The notes beneath the pieces are model-generated. The model was not told the DNA's origin and did not search any database. It saw only the letters and a list, made by a program, of their open reading frames with translations. Below, piece by piece: positions 21,852-35,385 of a DNA stretch of 64,000 bases. The position numbers and the translations under genes are program-made. The DNA comes from Microthyrium microscopicum (taxonomy: Eukaryota): positions 186,001-250,000 of the forward strand of contig MU004236.1 of NCBI GenBank assembly GCA_010405405.1, read 5' to 3'. Positions within the stretch are counted from its first letter, which is position 1. Each line of letters begins with the position of its first letter.

Positions 21852-24800
21852 TCAGCCTTCCATGCCGTACATTATACCATCTGGCTGGGCGCTGATACCA
21901 TTGCCATTGGTAGGTTGCATGACTGGGCCTGGTTGCCACATAGAATAGAATGAATCGAGGTCGATGTGTTCATCTGCGGCATTGGATCCGTCATCTTGTA
22001 TGCTCATGTTATCGCCAGTATTGAAAGAATCAGCAAACTCCAATAGTGGTGGAAATGCCACGCCATTATTGATGTTATAGTTCATAGAATTGAGCGCCGC
22101 AGCCGGCAGAGGTGTTCTGTTGGGTATAGGTGAGAGTGGATTATTAGGTCCTGATGGCGCAAGTGGCTCCAGTGGTGTCGGTGTCGATGAGGTAGACTTT
22201 CCAACAGGACGATAGTTTGGCGGAATCGATGCGGTGGTAGTGTAATTCGTTGTGGCAGCTTGGGAGAAAGGACTGGATGGTTGTTGAAATGGAGTGTGAA
22301 AGGGTGTCCCTGTTCCTGGGCCATATGGACCTGGTGCTCCGAAAGTCTGCGCCGATGGCAGTGGAGTAATATCTCCATTAGAAGCCCCAGAAGGCATCAT
22401 AGGTGGCAATTGATTGTCATCATCTTGCTTCCCTCTGAAAATGTCTACTGCATCGCTCAGAGTTTTCATGATGTAAACAAGTCGATCTGCTTGTTCGTCT
22501 CCATCGTGATCCCTATTCCCGCAATAGTCCATTATTTCAAAGGCATCGCGAATACATTTTGCGGCCGCTCCGTGCTTGTGGAGTTTGCAAAAGTCATTGG
22601 ACAAAAGGATGAACGCGGCAGATGACAGGAAATACACAACGAGGGGATTGCGCCTTGGAAGTATCTTTGCGTCATACGCTCCACGGACTATAGCCACTGT
22701 ATGAGTTGCAGCACTAACGCAGGCCTCGCTGTAAGCCATCATATTGTTGAATCCCCTTCTTTTTGCTGGCAAAGGTTGACCGGCCACCGTAGTCAGTCTT
22801 GACAATTCATGGTTGAGTACATATAGGAAGAAGGGTCGCGTCAATAGAATGACGGAATGTGTCAGAAACAGGTTGACATGCATAGTTGCAGTGGCGTTGG
22901 GTGATTTGGGGTAGTGAGGATCCTGCCAGCGCAAGCTAAGCGGCATTCTAGTGTCCAATTGTCTTAGCAATGAAGCGATATCCTGAGCAATAGCCGTAGA
23001 AACTCTCTTTTGTTGGTATGTTTTCTTGAGCACAATCCCAATGGCAGAGCACACTCTACTTGCCACATCTATGGGATCAACGGCAGGGATGAAGTTGGGA
23101 CTGGGGACTTGCTCATCACTTATTCCACTAGAGATGGATGCGCGTGGAGATGCGTGGCCATAAATCTCGTCCTCAAATATTGCGGTCGGCCTGCCCATAG
23201 ATAGTGAAAGAAACCTGTCCATGTTGAACAACGATTTCCAACAATTTCGTCTGAGCAATTGATCCGGATGATCAAATATTCTCAAGCACTCTTCACGATG
23301 AAGTCCTAATGCATAGGCAGAGCGAATGGCCATTCCCAAGAGCACAAACGCTGTATTTCTCTTGCCTTTAGTCATCATGAAGATAGTCATGAGAAGCAAT
23401 GCTTGACAAGACCAAAAGTCGGCATCTTCAAGTCCGGTTTGAGGATCGCACTGCGACTTGGCGTTGATGTAAAATATCTCACCACGATCAGGATTGGAAT
23501 TTTTTAGTCCCTCGATGACTTCGGCTTCCTCAGATCCTGGCTCGGGTGTGGCCAACATGAAGCCGATGGCAAAGACGAGATTGATCAGGCATAGGTTCTC
23601 CGATTCTGCGGCCAAAGGATCCGAATATGTCCGCTCCAAGAGATTGTAAAACTGTTCCTGATCAAAGACTGTGACCATTCCAGCAGTGTGGAGGAAAAAG
23701 TACCGAGTCAGTAACTTGGCAGTGCTTTGAGTGGGAAACATGTTGTTAAGTGGTGTTTTCCCAATCACAGTGAGTTGTGGTTCAGTTATCATGTGTCGTC
23801 TAGGGTCGGACACAAAATCGCAGCCAGGGACGAGTGGTTCGATTGAGTTTCTTAGCAAGCCAATAAACGCTAGAGTAGCAGAATCTCCGATGTACACTAA
23901 TTCCATCTTAGCTTGGACACCCAGAGCCAAGGAGAAACTTACAAAGTCGGTTGTTGCTGTCTTCAAGCATACGAGATTGGCTATAGACCAAGGCCTCACC
24001 TATATCAAATTAGTTAAAAGTCAATGAGCGAAAATTGTGCAAGACGATGCGAGCTATTTGTTGTTCTAGTTGAATACCAATAAGCAACGCATTGCCATAA
24101 TAGCATGCTCTTTTGAGATAGGTGATATTATGCGTTCATGATGTATCTGGATGGGAAAGCTTTACCTTCTTGACCACTCAAGTTGCTAACTATTGAAAGA
24201 AATGATTTGGTGCGATCCTCGTTGCTAGCCCGAAATTGAGAAAACTGTTGTAGAGATCGTGCGGCTCGTGTCATGCTTTCGTCTGCAGTAGCAGTACCTG
24301 CAGCCGTAGCTGTGGGCGGAGGTGGTCCAACAGGTGCCGGGATCGCGAAGGAATTCGAATGTGAGGTTGGCATGTTATTTAAAACTGCTGCTATGGATGA
24401 ATTGTAGGGAGCCGGCGCCATTGCTCCTATATGAGGAGGTGACATCTGCGCCCTCGGCGGCTGATTAGCAGCGGATTCGAGATGACGCTGCTCAATCCGC
24501 TGCTTTTTCCGCGCCATTTTCTCAGCTGCTGTAGCATGATGATTGCTCGATGTGATGTAATCACAATAGAAGCTACGCTTCTCGCATGTCTCGCATGGTT
24601 TTTTGCCGTTGCACTGTTTGGATCGTTAGTAAGTATCCCCGAAAAGGGGGCGGGGAAATCGGGACCAGGCTGGGTCATGATGATATATCAAGTTCCCATC
24701 CGTCCACGAGAATGACTGCCATCGCACTTTGAATCGGGAAGTTTACAATTACACCCATCGCATCCTGTCAATGACCAGAAAAGTTCTTGACAAATGGGAC

Positions 24801-24976
24801 GGGTATTGAGCACTCGATACAAAGCTCTGTCAATGGCACACATCATACAGAATAAAACCATTCCTTCTCCCATCAATTGAAGCATGTTGACGTACCTTTT
24901 GTTTCCGTTTCTTGCAGCTATCGCAGGCCTGAGCTATCCTCTGTCGCAGATCTGGGGCGACCTTCTGTCGGGTCAT
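21852..24976 (-). CDS. Zn(II)2Cys6 fungal transcription factor with fungal-specific middle homology domain
   Basis: Exon 1 (ATG 24976) MTRQKVAPDLRQRIAQACDSCKKRKQK splices to CNGKKPCETCEKRSFYCDY. Later exons give RMLEDSNNRLLYIGDSATL and the MHR motif AIRSAYALGLHRE..RRNCWKSLFNMDRFLSLSMGRP. Confidence 0.92.
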
Positions 24977-25673
24977 GTTATTTTGTGAAGCTATCAATAC
25001 AAGATGGAGCAGCTTCCGTATTTCTCAAGGTTCTGGGTGATTATCGCCACCGAAGGCTCTTTCCGAGGGCAGGTCAGAAGCTTGACCACATGGAATAGAC
25101 GCTTGGAACCAAAGGAAATGAATTGGTAGCTAAGCGTATATGTGGTACTGGTAGTAATAATGTCAATACTGCGGCTGACAGCGTACCGCGAAGTTTCAAG
25201 ATGGTGTTGATGGAGGGCAAACAGCGCAAGCGAGTAGAAACCAGATCCCGGAAAGCGCTACTGCAGGAAGCGATGTGATTGGATAGCAATTGCCAAGCTG
25301 GGGAAGGATCAATGGGGAGTTGAAAGGCACAAAAGACGAGATGAAGTTGACAGTAGCCGCAGTACTGTATGCAATGGTACAGCTGTATCTGTACTAAGAG
25401 ATGAGTACAAGTCAATGTAGAGCTGCCGCTTTGACATTCAATGGGCAAGCTGGTTGGGCGTTCCGAGTAGCATCTGGATGTGGGCGAGGCCGCAAAAGCT
25501 GGGAGTCGGATGTGGGCTGACACGGCGCGCGCTGATGCTCGTGGATTGCCGGGAGAGGTCTTGATAAGTGCTCAGTTATGGAACCAAAACAGCAATAGAG
25601 AAGCAATATGATAGAGCGCAAAATCAGGAGGCTGAGAGGGCGGAATGATGAGAGATGAGTCGGATGATGGATG

Positions 25674-25703
25674 ATAGAGTAGAGTAGAGCAGAGCAGAGC
25701 AGA
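25674..25703. repeat. Short (AGAGT/AGAGC)n pentanucleotide repeat upstream of the Zn2Cys6 TF
   Basis: gatagagtagagtagagcagagcagagcagaac, visible directly in the sequence. Confidence 0.6.
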
Positions 25704-26186
25704 ACAAAAGACGATTGAAGCACAACAACGGGAGCGGATGGGGGATGGGATGATGGGATGATGGGGGGAAAGCGCGGATGATGGATGGATAACGGGTTGG
25801 GATTGCACATGCAGCAGCAGCAGCACACAGCGGAGCTCAGCCCTGTTGCCTGCCTCCTCTAAGCTCTTAATAATTCCTCGAATCCTACTCCATACCTCCA
25901 AACCTTCTCACATCAATCTGCGCCAATTCCGCTTGATTTCCCTGCTATTCAAGTACATATCATCCCGATGGGACATTGAATAACACCACCGAAAGACGAA
26001 TGAGGTCCTTTACGGAGTTGAGATTGATTTCGCCCAATTTTCAAGCACATCGGTGCAGTTTAGCTGTGGCTCAGAATAGCAATAGCTCTCCTTCACGACA
26101 GTACCTACCGCACAGAACCCCTACCAAAGGCTAGTAAAATTCGTTGAGTCTTTTATCGGATGCATCCACAAGTAAGTCTTTAACTA

Positions 26187-29100
26187 TCTCTGCTGCGCGT
26201 TCTGTGCTACACAGGGCAAAAATCTGGCCTATTGATTTAGCTACAGATCTAGGAATCTGATTGGATCGCATAATAGGATTGAGGAGTGCGTTAGTATGTA
26301 GATTTATATGTAATTAGACTATTAGTAGCTATAAAGTAATACTAGTTTTATAGTGCTTCCTAGTGATCTAAAGATAGGCTAAAATATATAGATTTTAGAG
26401 TAGGAATTCCTTGCTAAGGATATATTATAATTAATTAATCTTTATACCGTTCGAAAGCTTAAAAGAGCTAGATTCTTATTAAATTATTAGCAAATAGCCT
26501 TATCGTCATTATTCTTAATAATTATGTTAAGTAAATGCCCTATATTAGTAGATTTAGATCCTATCGCTACTTAATGCTCTACTCGTAGAAAGAAGATTAA
26601 TAAATTAATACCTAAGACGCTAGTAGATATACCTACTTAGATTATAGGTAAAATAAGCTAAAATAACGCTCTAGTTCTAGGAATAGCTCTTATAGTATCT
26701 TAAGATATTTATACCTTTTAGACACTCGCTAGAAGTCTAATATAGAGCTAAAATTAAAGCTCTTTAATAGTAATTCCTAGCTCTTTAATTAGCCATATAG
26801 AAGAGATAGATAATAGGGCAAACGCTAGCTAGAGATCTTAATAGCCTAGATTTAACGAGTTAACTATATCTTAAGTTCTAGAGCTACTATTATAACTAGA
26901 AGGTAGTTTAATTACGCTAATTTAAATTAATAGTAAGCTAATACTAATTATCTCTACTAAGATTAGTAAATATAATATTAAAAAGGGAGGGAATAAGCCT
27001 TAACTAAATAAGATAACTATAGAAGTATTTATAATACTTTCTAATAGTTAGAAAGAAGCTCTAAAGTAGAAGAATTAGCGTGCTAAAGAATAATATTATT
27101 CTCTAGGCTTAATAACGTCTATATAGACATATTTTTAACTTCCTATTAAAGAAATAGGCAAGAATCTATTTATGCTATTCTTTTTTAAGGAGGATAGACT
27201 AGATATTAAATAGGAACTAGTAAAGGTTAAGAAACGCTTCTTTAATTATTTTAAAATAGGTACTATACTACCTAAGCTAGTTATACCTAAATAGAAGATA
27301 ATGTAGATAGTAAATAAAGCTAATAATACCTTTAAAGAGTTTAGGATGCTAAAAGAACTAGAGGCTTAAAATAATTCCTAAAAAGATGCTAATAATACTA
27401 AAATTAATATTATTATTACTAAGAATTAACTCTATAATAATGCTAATACCTATAGTATATTATTTAGTACTTATAGTTACTATGAATTACTTTACTCTAT
27501 AGTAAAGCTTAAGGGATATTGCTACGTTATTAGAAGTACTAACTAGTACCTAGTTATTAATTTAGGAACCTTCTACTGTTAGGCTAATATCGTTAGTCCT
27601 ATAAAGCCTTAAGAAAGCTTTAATAAACGCCCTCTAGATAAGATTTTAATAAAGATCTTTGTTCTTAGTACTAGTAAATAGTTTAATAAGAATTCCTATT
27701 CTAGGAGTAAGCATAGTAGTAAAGATAAGAATAATTTAGAGTACTTTAATAGTAATAATCTATATTTTAGCTTTATGCTAGTAGATATTTAGGCCATAGT
27801 AGTTATAGGCATAGAGGAGCTAGTAGTTAATACTATAACCCTAAATATTAATATTCTACGTACTAGTAGTCTATTACTACGTACGCTATTAGATTTAATT
27901 ATTTTTAATCTTAATAAAGAGTTAAAGATGTTTAAGGAGTAGTTATCTTATTATATAGGCATTAAGACGTCTTAGTTTAAATAGGTAAAGTTAATTCTAA
28001 GTGTTTGTTAAAGTAAGTGTATAAGAATTAGTTAAGTAGTAGTAGAAAAAAATGTTAGGGTCTTTACTATTGTTAACTCTAATATTAAGAAGAACGCTAT
28101 AAGCTATTTTATTGTTTAAGTTAAGGAATAGTATAATTAGGCTTAAAAGGAAGCTAAATAACTTATAGAAGAGAGTTAGATAGAATAAGATAGTTATAAG
28201 CTATTGCTAAATATTAAATTTACTATGTCTAAAGTGCTTTATTACTTACTAGTTAGTATTGAGTTCCTTTAATCCTAACTTAAGATATTCTTTAAAGAGC
28301 TAACTTTCCTATCTTTTTTCTTAATAAAGCCTATTATTTAATTAAAGCTACTTTTTTAAATTACTAAATAATTGCTTAATAGGATTGAAATTAGGGCTAT
28401 AGGGAGGTAAGAATACTAGTTATATACTAAAATAATTAAAAAGAGCCCTTAGATCTTTAGCTTAGTAAAAGCGCGCGTTATCTATTATAATGACTAAATT
28501 CCTAGGCGTAGGGAAGAGAGAATACTTTAGAATTAGATTATATTTATACTAGTAGGTAAATCCCTTATTGTTAGTATTGTATTAATATAGATCTACTGCT
28601 AAAATTCCTTATGTAGTATATGCTAGTAGTATATTCTATTTCTTAGAGCTTTAAAGTAGTAAGAATATAGCGCATTCTATATTTTTTAGGCTCTATCCTA
28701 TCCTATAGGCTAAATAGCTAGTTCCTGCGCTGTATTTATCTATATAAATAATTTAATCTAGATAATAATTATTTATTTCGTTATAGAATTCTTATTAGAG
28801 GTGTAAAGATTGTTAAATAGCTATATTATAGCACTATTTTAGTATAAATACGATAAGAATTAATTAAATAAAGCTATAGTAACGACTTACCCTCTTTTTG
28901 GTCTATTTTATATACTTTAGCGCTTAGTATACTATATTATGGCTTACTTTAACGTTAAAGACATTCATTAGGTATTCTACTATCTTGAATTAAGTAGAAT
29001 TAGGCTTTAATATTAGATATTCTACTAATATGATTATTTTTAAAGAATTAATTAAGGGTCGTCATTAAATAACTCTAATAGTGTTAAAGGAATTAGTTAT

Positions 29101-29500
29101 TTTAAGCTTTCTATGCTAATAACTAATAATCTTCTAAGAATATTCTAGGGCGCTAGTAATCTTGCGATAAGAGTACTCTATAAGAATTATATCTTATACC
29201 TAATAGCGTTTAAATTTATTAAGGTGCCTACCTAAATTTATTATAGGAAGAGATGCTATAATAAGATTAGTTAAAACGAGTAAGATTTAAGGATTTGAAT
29301 AATACTAAGAATGTTATAAAGTTAGATATTAAGATATATTATTTATAATAATATATAGAATTGCTAAGTACGCTATTATATAAATTTGTACTGTAGCATA
29401 CTCCTCTAGTCTAGGGTCTCCCCTAATTAGGATCCTAGATCTGTAGCTGAATCAATAGGCCAGATTTTTGCCCTGTGTAGCATAGAACGCGCAGTAGAGA
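26187..29500. mobile_element. RIP-degenerated DNA transposon (~3.3 kb) with ~65-75 bp terminal inverted repeats, flanked by TA
   Basis: Left end TA|TCTCTGCTGCGCGTTCTGTGCTACACAGGGCAAAAATCTGGCCTATTGATTTAGCTACAGATCTAGGA matches the reverse complement of the right end (...CTAGATCTGTAGCTGAATCAATAGGCCAGATTTTTGCCCTGTGTAGCATAGAACGCGCAGTAGAGA|TA). The interior is extremely AT/TpA-rich and has no ORF in the track. TIR mismatches are TG->TA and CA->TA. Confidence 0.9.
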
Positions 29501-30107
29501 TACTAGTAACCTGCAGAGATGAGAGTCTTTATGGAGGTAGTTGTCGAAGATCGCAATGAAGTGCTCCCAAGTGCTCCCTTAAATGCATCATTCTGGCTTG
29601 TACATTAGAGTACAACAGGTATCTCTTTACGATATTCAACCATCTATTCTACACTACTTTGAGACAATGTTGCAATAAATGTTGATGAACGGATTACAGC
29701 AAACTCAGAGCATACTACGATACGGTCTTTGAAGCAGGCGATGGCACTACGATGGCACTATACGACCTCTGCACATGTCAAGCTATTTCCCCGCTTATGG
29801 AACCAATCCATCACATATTTGAGCCCCATCGGGCTGAAGTATGATTCAGAACTACATCATACATGGACTTATGGAGAGCATCAGCGGATCGCCAACATGC
29901 CTTTCACTGCTAAAACAAGACACACTACTCACCCTACACCTTTTCGCTGGTATCTGCGCTCAAATTTTGCTGAGCTATTGCTTCAAGACAACATGCTACC
30001 ACGATCTCGCTCTTTTGAAAGAGATCATGTTCGAGTTGTTCGATGTTGACTGGGCAAAAGCGACAACACCCATCATGGTCCCAAGAGAGAAGACAGCAGC
30101 AGCACGA

Positions 30108-30948
30108 TGTTGCCGTTCGATGAAACAGACAGAGGAAAGCTGGTTTTGATAACGTTGTTATTGGTAAAAGATGTTGCAGAAACTATGGTGTTTCTGCAAA
30201 CGCTGAGATGCTAAATACCCCTCTGCTGACATAATCCTGAGTTCCTGCCATCAACCATCCCAAAAACAACCAAGATCAAGATGGAATCTTGATCTTCATA
30301 GTAAGAAAGGTCGTTGTCGTCCGTCAGTTAAAGCACATTCAAATCCGTATCTCTTCGTTGTCTCAAATCCACAGATCTACAAGTTCTCTCTTATGCCTTT
30401 TCACATACAAAATACCAAGGCCATGTTCGTCCTTCGTTGTCAATCCCAGTCGTTCAAAATCTCTCTCATCTTGTTCTGCCGCGGCACGCCTAAACTCATG
30501 TCGTCCGTCGGTTCAGCAACATCTCAAATCGTCTCTCAGGAACTAGCTGTTGTGGGCTTAAAGCCCCATCTCGTCCGGTGTTTGTATGTGTTCTAGGTGA
30601 GGAAGTTGGTTCTCGTTGGGAAAAGCTGGTTAGGCTGCCCGGAATGTAAAGGAATATTTTCGTCGTTAATGGCTTTTGATGGTAATCGATGATAGAACTT
30701 GATAGTGAGGGATGCCCTTCGTTGACGTAGAGTCGGTTGAGGCCATGGCTATTTAGAATATGTAAACCCAATCTTATCTGTGTCACGGCAAGACCCCTAG
30801 ATTGTTGCCGTTCGATGAAACAGACAGAGGAAAGCTGGTTTTGATAACGTTGTTATTGGTAAAAGATGTTGCAGAAACTATGGTGTTTCTGCAAACGCTG
30901 AGATGCTAAATACCCCTCTGCTGACATAATCCTGAGTTCCTGCCATCA
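30108..30948. mobile_element. TRIM-like non-autonomous LTR element (841 bp)
   Basis: Identical 146 bp direct repeats at 30108-30253 and 30803-30948 begin TG and end CA. A 4 bp duplication ACGA flanks them at 30104-30107 and 30949-30952. The ~550 bp interior has no recognisable gag/pol. Confidence 0.8.
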
Positions 30949-31363
30949 ACGAGAACCGGTCTGTATGATGCACGATACCAACTCGAACACACCGGATTAT
31001 CAATCCTAAATCCTTTGATTTCTAGCGCTCTTCTAGAGTACCACCTTCTTCCATCACCTACACAATCTCAACTACGACCTCTAGCGTCATCTCCAAAATA
31101 ACAGAATCAAATGCAGCACAGGTACTGAGTCCACTGAATGTGCCCACAACCATACTCCGCTCATGATATTCCACACTCGTCAAAAAAGCCGTCCAAGCCG
31201 TGTCTGCCACACCACATAACGAGCGCCTGCAAAAATGCATGTACAAAAGGAACCATCTCATTCTTTTCCAGCCAAAGGCTGACTTTCATCACCAAGAAAC
31301 AACAGCTGCAAGTACGCCATGAACCAAAAATGCTGAATATGAATGCATAGTAATATGAAGACA

Positions 31364-32130
31364 TCAACCGGCTTTGCGAAGCTCCAATAGGCCGCTAATC
31401 GCGTTATTCTTGACCACACTACTCGTCACGTCGTCCATCCGCTGTAAAGATCGCGTATCCAGCGCTCTTGGTGTCTTGTTGGGATCAGGCAAGTCATGGT
31501 CTATTGACATATTGCCGCCGCGGACGCGTCGAGGCGGTGTCATGGGTGGGCCAGACGATGCCCACGTTGACGACGATTGTGATGCGGAGAGGGGAGGAGG
31601 AGTGCGTATTATGAGTTGGTCTAATGGTGTTTGCATCTGTTCAGTGTTGACGCGAAACATGGCCATTTGCAGGCGTGTTTTGAGGATGTGGGCACGCTAC
31701 AAATTGGTCATGTTAGCAGTTGATAAGCCGGTCATGTATTTGGATATCTTACCATCTTGACGGAGGAGTCGTCTGGAAGTGTCGTCGCGGCTGAAGAGGC
31801 TGGTTCCATATTATCGGAACTCTGATCAAAGTTGATGAGCGAAAATGATACACGCGTCGGATCCCTCTCGTCGCCAATAACTTCGTCAATCGTCCGCTTC
31901 TTTGCTGGATTTAGCAGTGGCACAGGCGCCGGACGTGGCTCTGTTTTCTTCGTGCTAAGTAGTAATGCTGGAGTGAGTGGAGTGCCTGGTTTGACTGGAC
32001 TGCTATTTACAGCCTTGCTTGAAGACGCGAGTTTGTGTGGTGTTATGTGTAAGTTTGTCGTGAGGTTTTGTAGTGGGCGCCGTGAAGGAGAAGCTGGAGG
32101 AGGTGGAGAAACGTAGGACTCGGAAGGCAT
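31364..32130 (-). CDS. Whi5/Nrm1-like G1/S transcriptional repressor
   Basis: S/T-P rich (CDK-site-like) protein with an intron at about 31751-31698. It carries the conserved block AHILKTRLQMAMFRVNTEQ and a C-terminal AISGLLEL motif. Confidence 0.75.
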
Positions 32131-32629
32131 GGTTGTTTGGACAAATATATAAAGTTGTTTACAGATTGGTTAAGTGTACAGGCAAAGGTCGCGTCTGGTG
32201 TTTTCATGGATAAATATTGATGATCCAAAGCCTTGTCCGAGCTTTGATCCAGAAGTCGCGACCCTGATGCGCAGGGATGCAGGCGCGGCTAGTCCCGGGT
32301 CTTATCCTAAAGTAGCCTAATTAGCCGCAGCACTCAGATTAGTGCGTTGGCCATCAGGCTGAGAACAACTATTTGCTGTCTGAGTTGATAGATTTATCTG
32401 CTCTTCACGCTATACGTGGTGAATTGAGCCTGGAAAATTTCAACTCTTGATAACTCGCGTAAATTCATTGGCTAGATATCGAAAGAATTGTTTAGTCTAA
32501 AATAGCACAAAATCCAATGCTGGGTACAAAAATATGAAAATGACATATTTATCCAGGTATGGAAAGCATGCAAACAAATGAGGCAAGAAACATGAGTAGA
32601 ACCATCACAGCCCTGAGTCCATTCATCCC

Positions 32630-34128
32630 CTACTTCAACATTGCCCTCTTGACATCTGGTACTGGAGTTGCAAATCCGCCAGCTTCGGTAAATGTTCTCT
32701 CTGAAAGTGGAGGAGCGTTATTGCATTGATCAAAATTAAGAGAAGCCGGAAAACCAGAAGGTCCACCAAAAGGACCATTTGGCCCTCCGCAAATGTCGGT
32801 TGGCTGGGACACGAAGATGAGACCAAAGGCACAAGGTGGTAGATCACCATTGAACCCCAAGACAGCAATACCGGGCTCAATTGGCGCAAGGTTGTTATTG
32901 CAAGCCTGAGCATTGCGGAACACTGTCTCTTGATCAACACTATGGCTAGCCAGCTTATTGACAATGTCCATAGAAAGGGGCGAGCTGGGATTCTTCTGGC
33001 CTGGGATGTTGACTACTTCAAACGTGAAACAAGTATTGTCCAGAAACTTTGAACCCGCAATGCTTCCACAGACGTTGGCGTCAGTCAGAGCGGTGTTCTG
33101 ATAGACGACAATTCCCTGGGCGGAGAGGACTGCGCCAACAAGCTGCTGATTGACCTGATTGAAGCCATCAGTCAGGCCGGAGTTGAGAGAGGCCCCATCG
33201 AAAGGGTCGCGGAGAAAAGTACCGGTTCGGAAGATATTGCTAATAGGAGACAGGGAAGCGTTGACTGGTCCGGCGTTGCCCATGGCTATAGCCATATCCA
33301 GGACTGGCAGTATATCAACAGAGGCGCCGTCTTTTACAATACCTCCCATGATTTGGAATAGAGAAGTGGCAAGATTGGTTGCAGTAGTGTTGAACACATT
33401 GCTAAGCTGCGCGTTCAAAATGCTAGTCAAATCATTAACCGTGTTGGCGGGCATACCCATAGTTGGGTCATTAGCGGTCACAACTGCTCCAGCCAAGCTA
33501 ACAGCAGCCCCTACGAGTCCAAATTGGTCACCAAACTGACCTCCGGTAAGTTTGAGGAGCTTATCGGCGATTGAAAAGATGGGTGAAACCTGTTTCAAGA
33601 TGTTCGAGATGAGGTCTCCTTTGCCAGTGGTATCCGGCGGGGCGATCATAAAGTCGTTGACAATTGAACTGATTGCAAGAATATTGAGTAGAGTACTGTC
33701 GACTAAAGCTGAGTGAGCTTGAGCGTAAAAGTCGTGAATCTTGAAAGCCGCCAGTCTAATCCAGAAGACAGGAGGAGGCGTAAAGTTGGTACAATCGACA
33801 GTTGGATTGTCACAACCACTGGTCACGATTTCTCGACAATCGAGAGTTGACGAGAAACCCCCTCCAAACGATGTCTGCGAATCCAGTTGTTGTATCCAAT
33901 TGTCGGCTAGAAACGTAAGTTCAATGCAACGTTGAGTAGCACCAGTGTACACTAACTATCACCCAGTCCTTTGAGGAAATTATCAAGGAAATCCTGAGCC
34001 CCACTCTTCTGCCAGCTTGCGGGATCTGTCTCGCTTAATGTAGGAGGACATATCAATCTGGGGTCTGGATCTGCAGCCAAGGTAGCTACGGGGAAAGCAA
34101 CAAGTGCCATCAAAAGTAACTGAACCAT
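32630..34128 (-). CDS. Uncharacterised secreted protein (~480 aa)
   Basis: Exon 1 starts at ATG 34128 (MVQLLLMALVAFPVATLA..., a signal peptide). An intron at about 33956-33907 (GTTAGT...TTTCTAG) joins it to the 440 aa ORF (TDNWIQQLD...). Confidence 0.75.
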
Positions 34129-35385
34129 TGCGAGTAGGTGCTAGAGCGCTAGTATGCTGATTGCTGATGATACCAAACAGAAATTGCGAGTAGAATAGTG
34201 AGCAAGTGTAGCGATAAGGAGATTTTGAAAGCGACAAACAGGTAATCTGGTTGGGACTGGATGACTCTATTTTGAATCCCAGAACAGCGGACACGTCTTG
34301 AATATAAGTATTCCTCCACAAAGACATTATCGCCTGTGGGCCTTCTCACGATGGCCATCTACAATCCAAATTACGAGATTTCAACTGAACTATGTTGCAG
34401 CAGCATGCCGTAAAATCATAAGACTGCACCCGCGTGGAGGAGATTTTACCCAGTATCGTTAGATTCAAGGTCCTACCGTTTAAAATCTTATGGCATTGGT
34501 AAAAAATACCCCGTCGTTGTCGGCCTCAAAAATAATTCCCCGGTTACAATATGCACTCAGCAACCCTCCTAGGTGCGGATTTAACAATATTTGAGGTCAC
34601 TGCGGCTTTGGCTGTTAGGGTTTACCGGTACTTAAGTGAACAATCATTCAGTTCAATAGGACAATAGGCTGGAGGCTGTGAAAAGAATAGTTCAGCACGG
34701 AAGGAGATCCAAAAACATTTGGCCCATCAGACGTCAGCATTGGTTTTCATGGAACCAATCCTCTCGCTTTATACTAAAACGTGGAATAGCGAGGGAGCTG
34801 CGTGTTTGGGGGTCAAGAGGATTCAAATGTCAGACAGCATGTTCCTAGGATTATGATCACGAATAGTAATCAAACTTAAAGACTCCGTTCCGAAAGGCTA
34901 TATTTCGCCCAACAAGAGACTCAATGGCCGGATCAAGTTGGCATTTTACTAGATGAGATTGGAACTGAACATTGCTTGAGTACTAACATTGCGAAACTCT
35001 GTAGCCTCAAACTGTGACTCTGTACTTGCCGTTCTGCTATAAGGCTGAGTTCTGTTAAATCGCCCATAAGCCCATTTTGTACAGCCCCAGCTGCCTTGCT
35101 TCTTGTGTAACTTCACCTCGATGATGATGTCCTGATGTAAACCCTTTCTCAGACTGTTAAGAAGTCTTAACATTTTGACAAACTCCCCTTCTTTTTTTCA
35201 CGTTCTGTAGTGCACTTTTATCTCTGCATCCTTTATCTGAAAGTTCATACGAGCCGAAACCTTCTAGTAAGCGACGCATTAGTACATTCTTAGCATAAAA
35301 GAGTAAGTCCTCAATCAGCGAAACATTATACTCAAGTAGACCGGTAGCTTGAAACTGACCAAGATTATAGACAGCTGTCCACTTC

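Noticed and set aside
30108..30950. Direct repeats considered as a CRISPR-like array or tandem gene duplication
   Set aside because: Only two long copies with TG...CA ends and a TSD, in a eukaryotic context; an LTR-type element explains them better.
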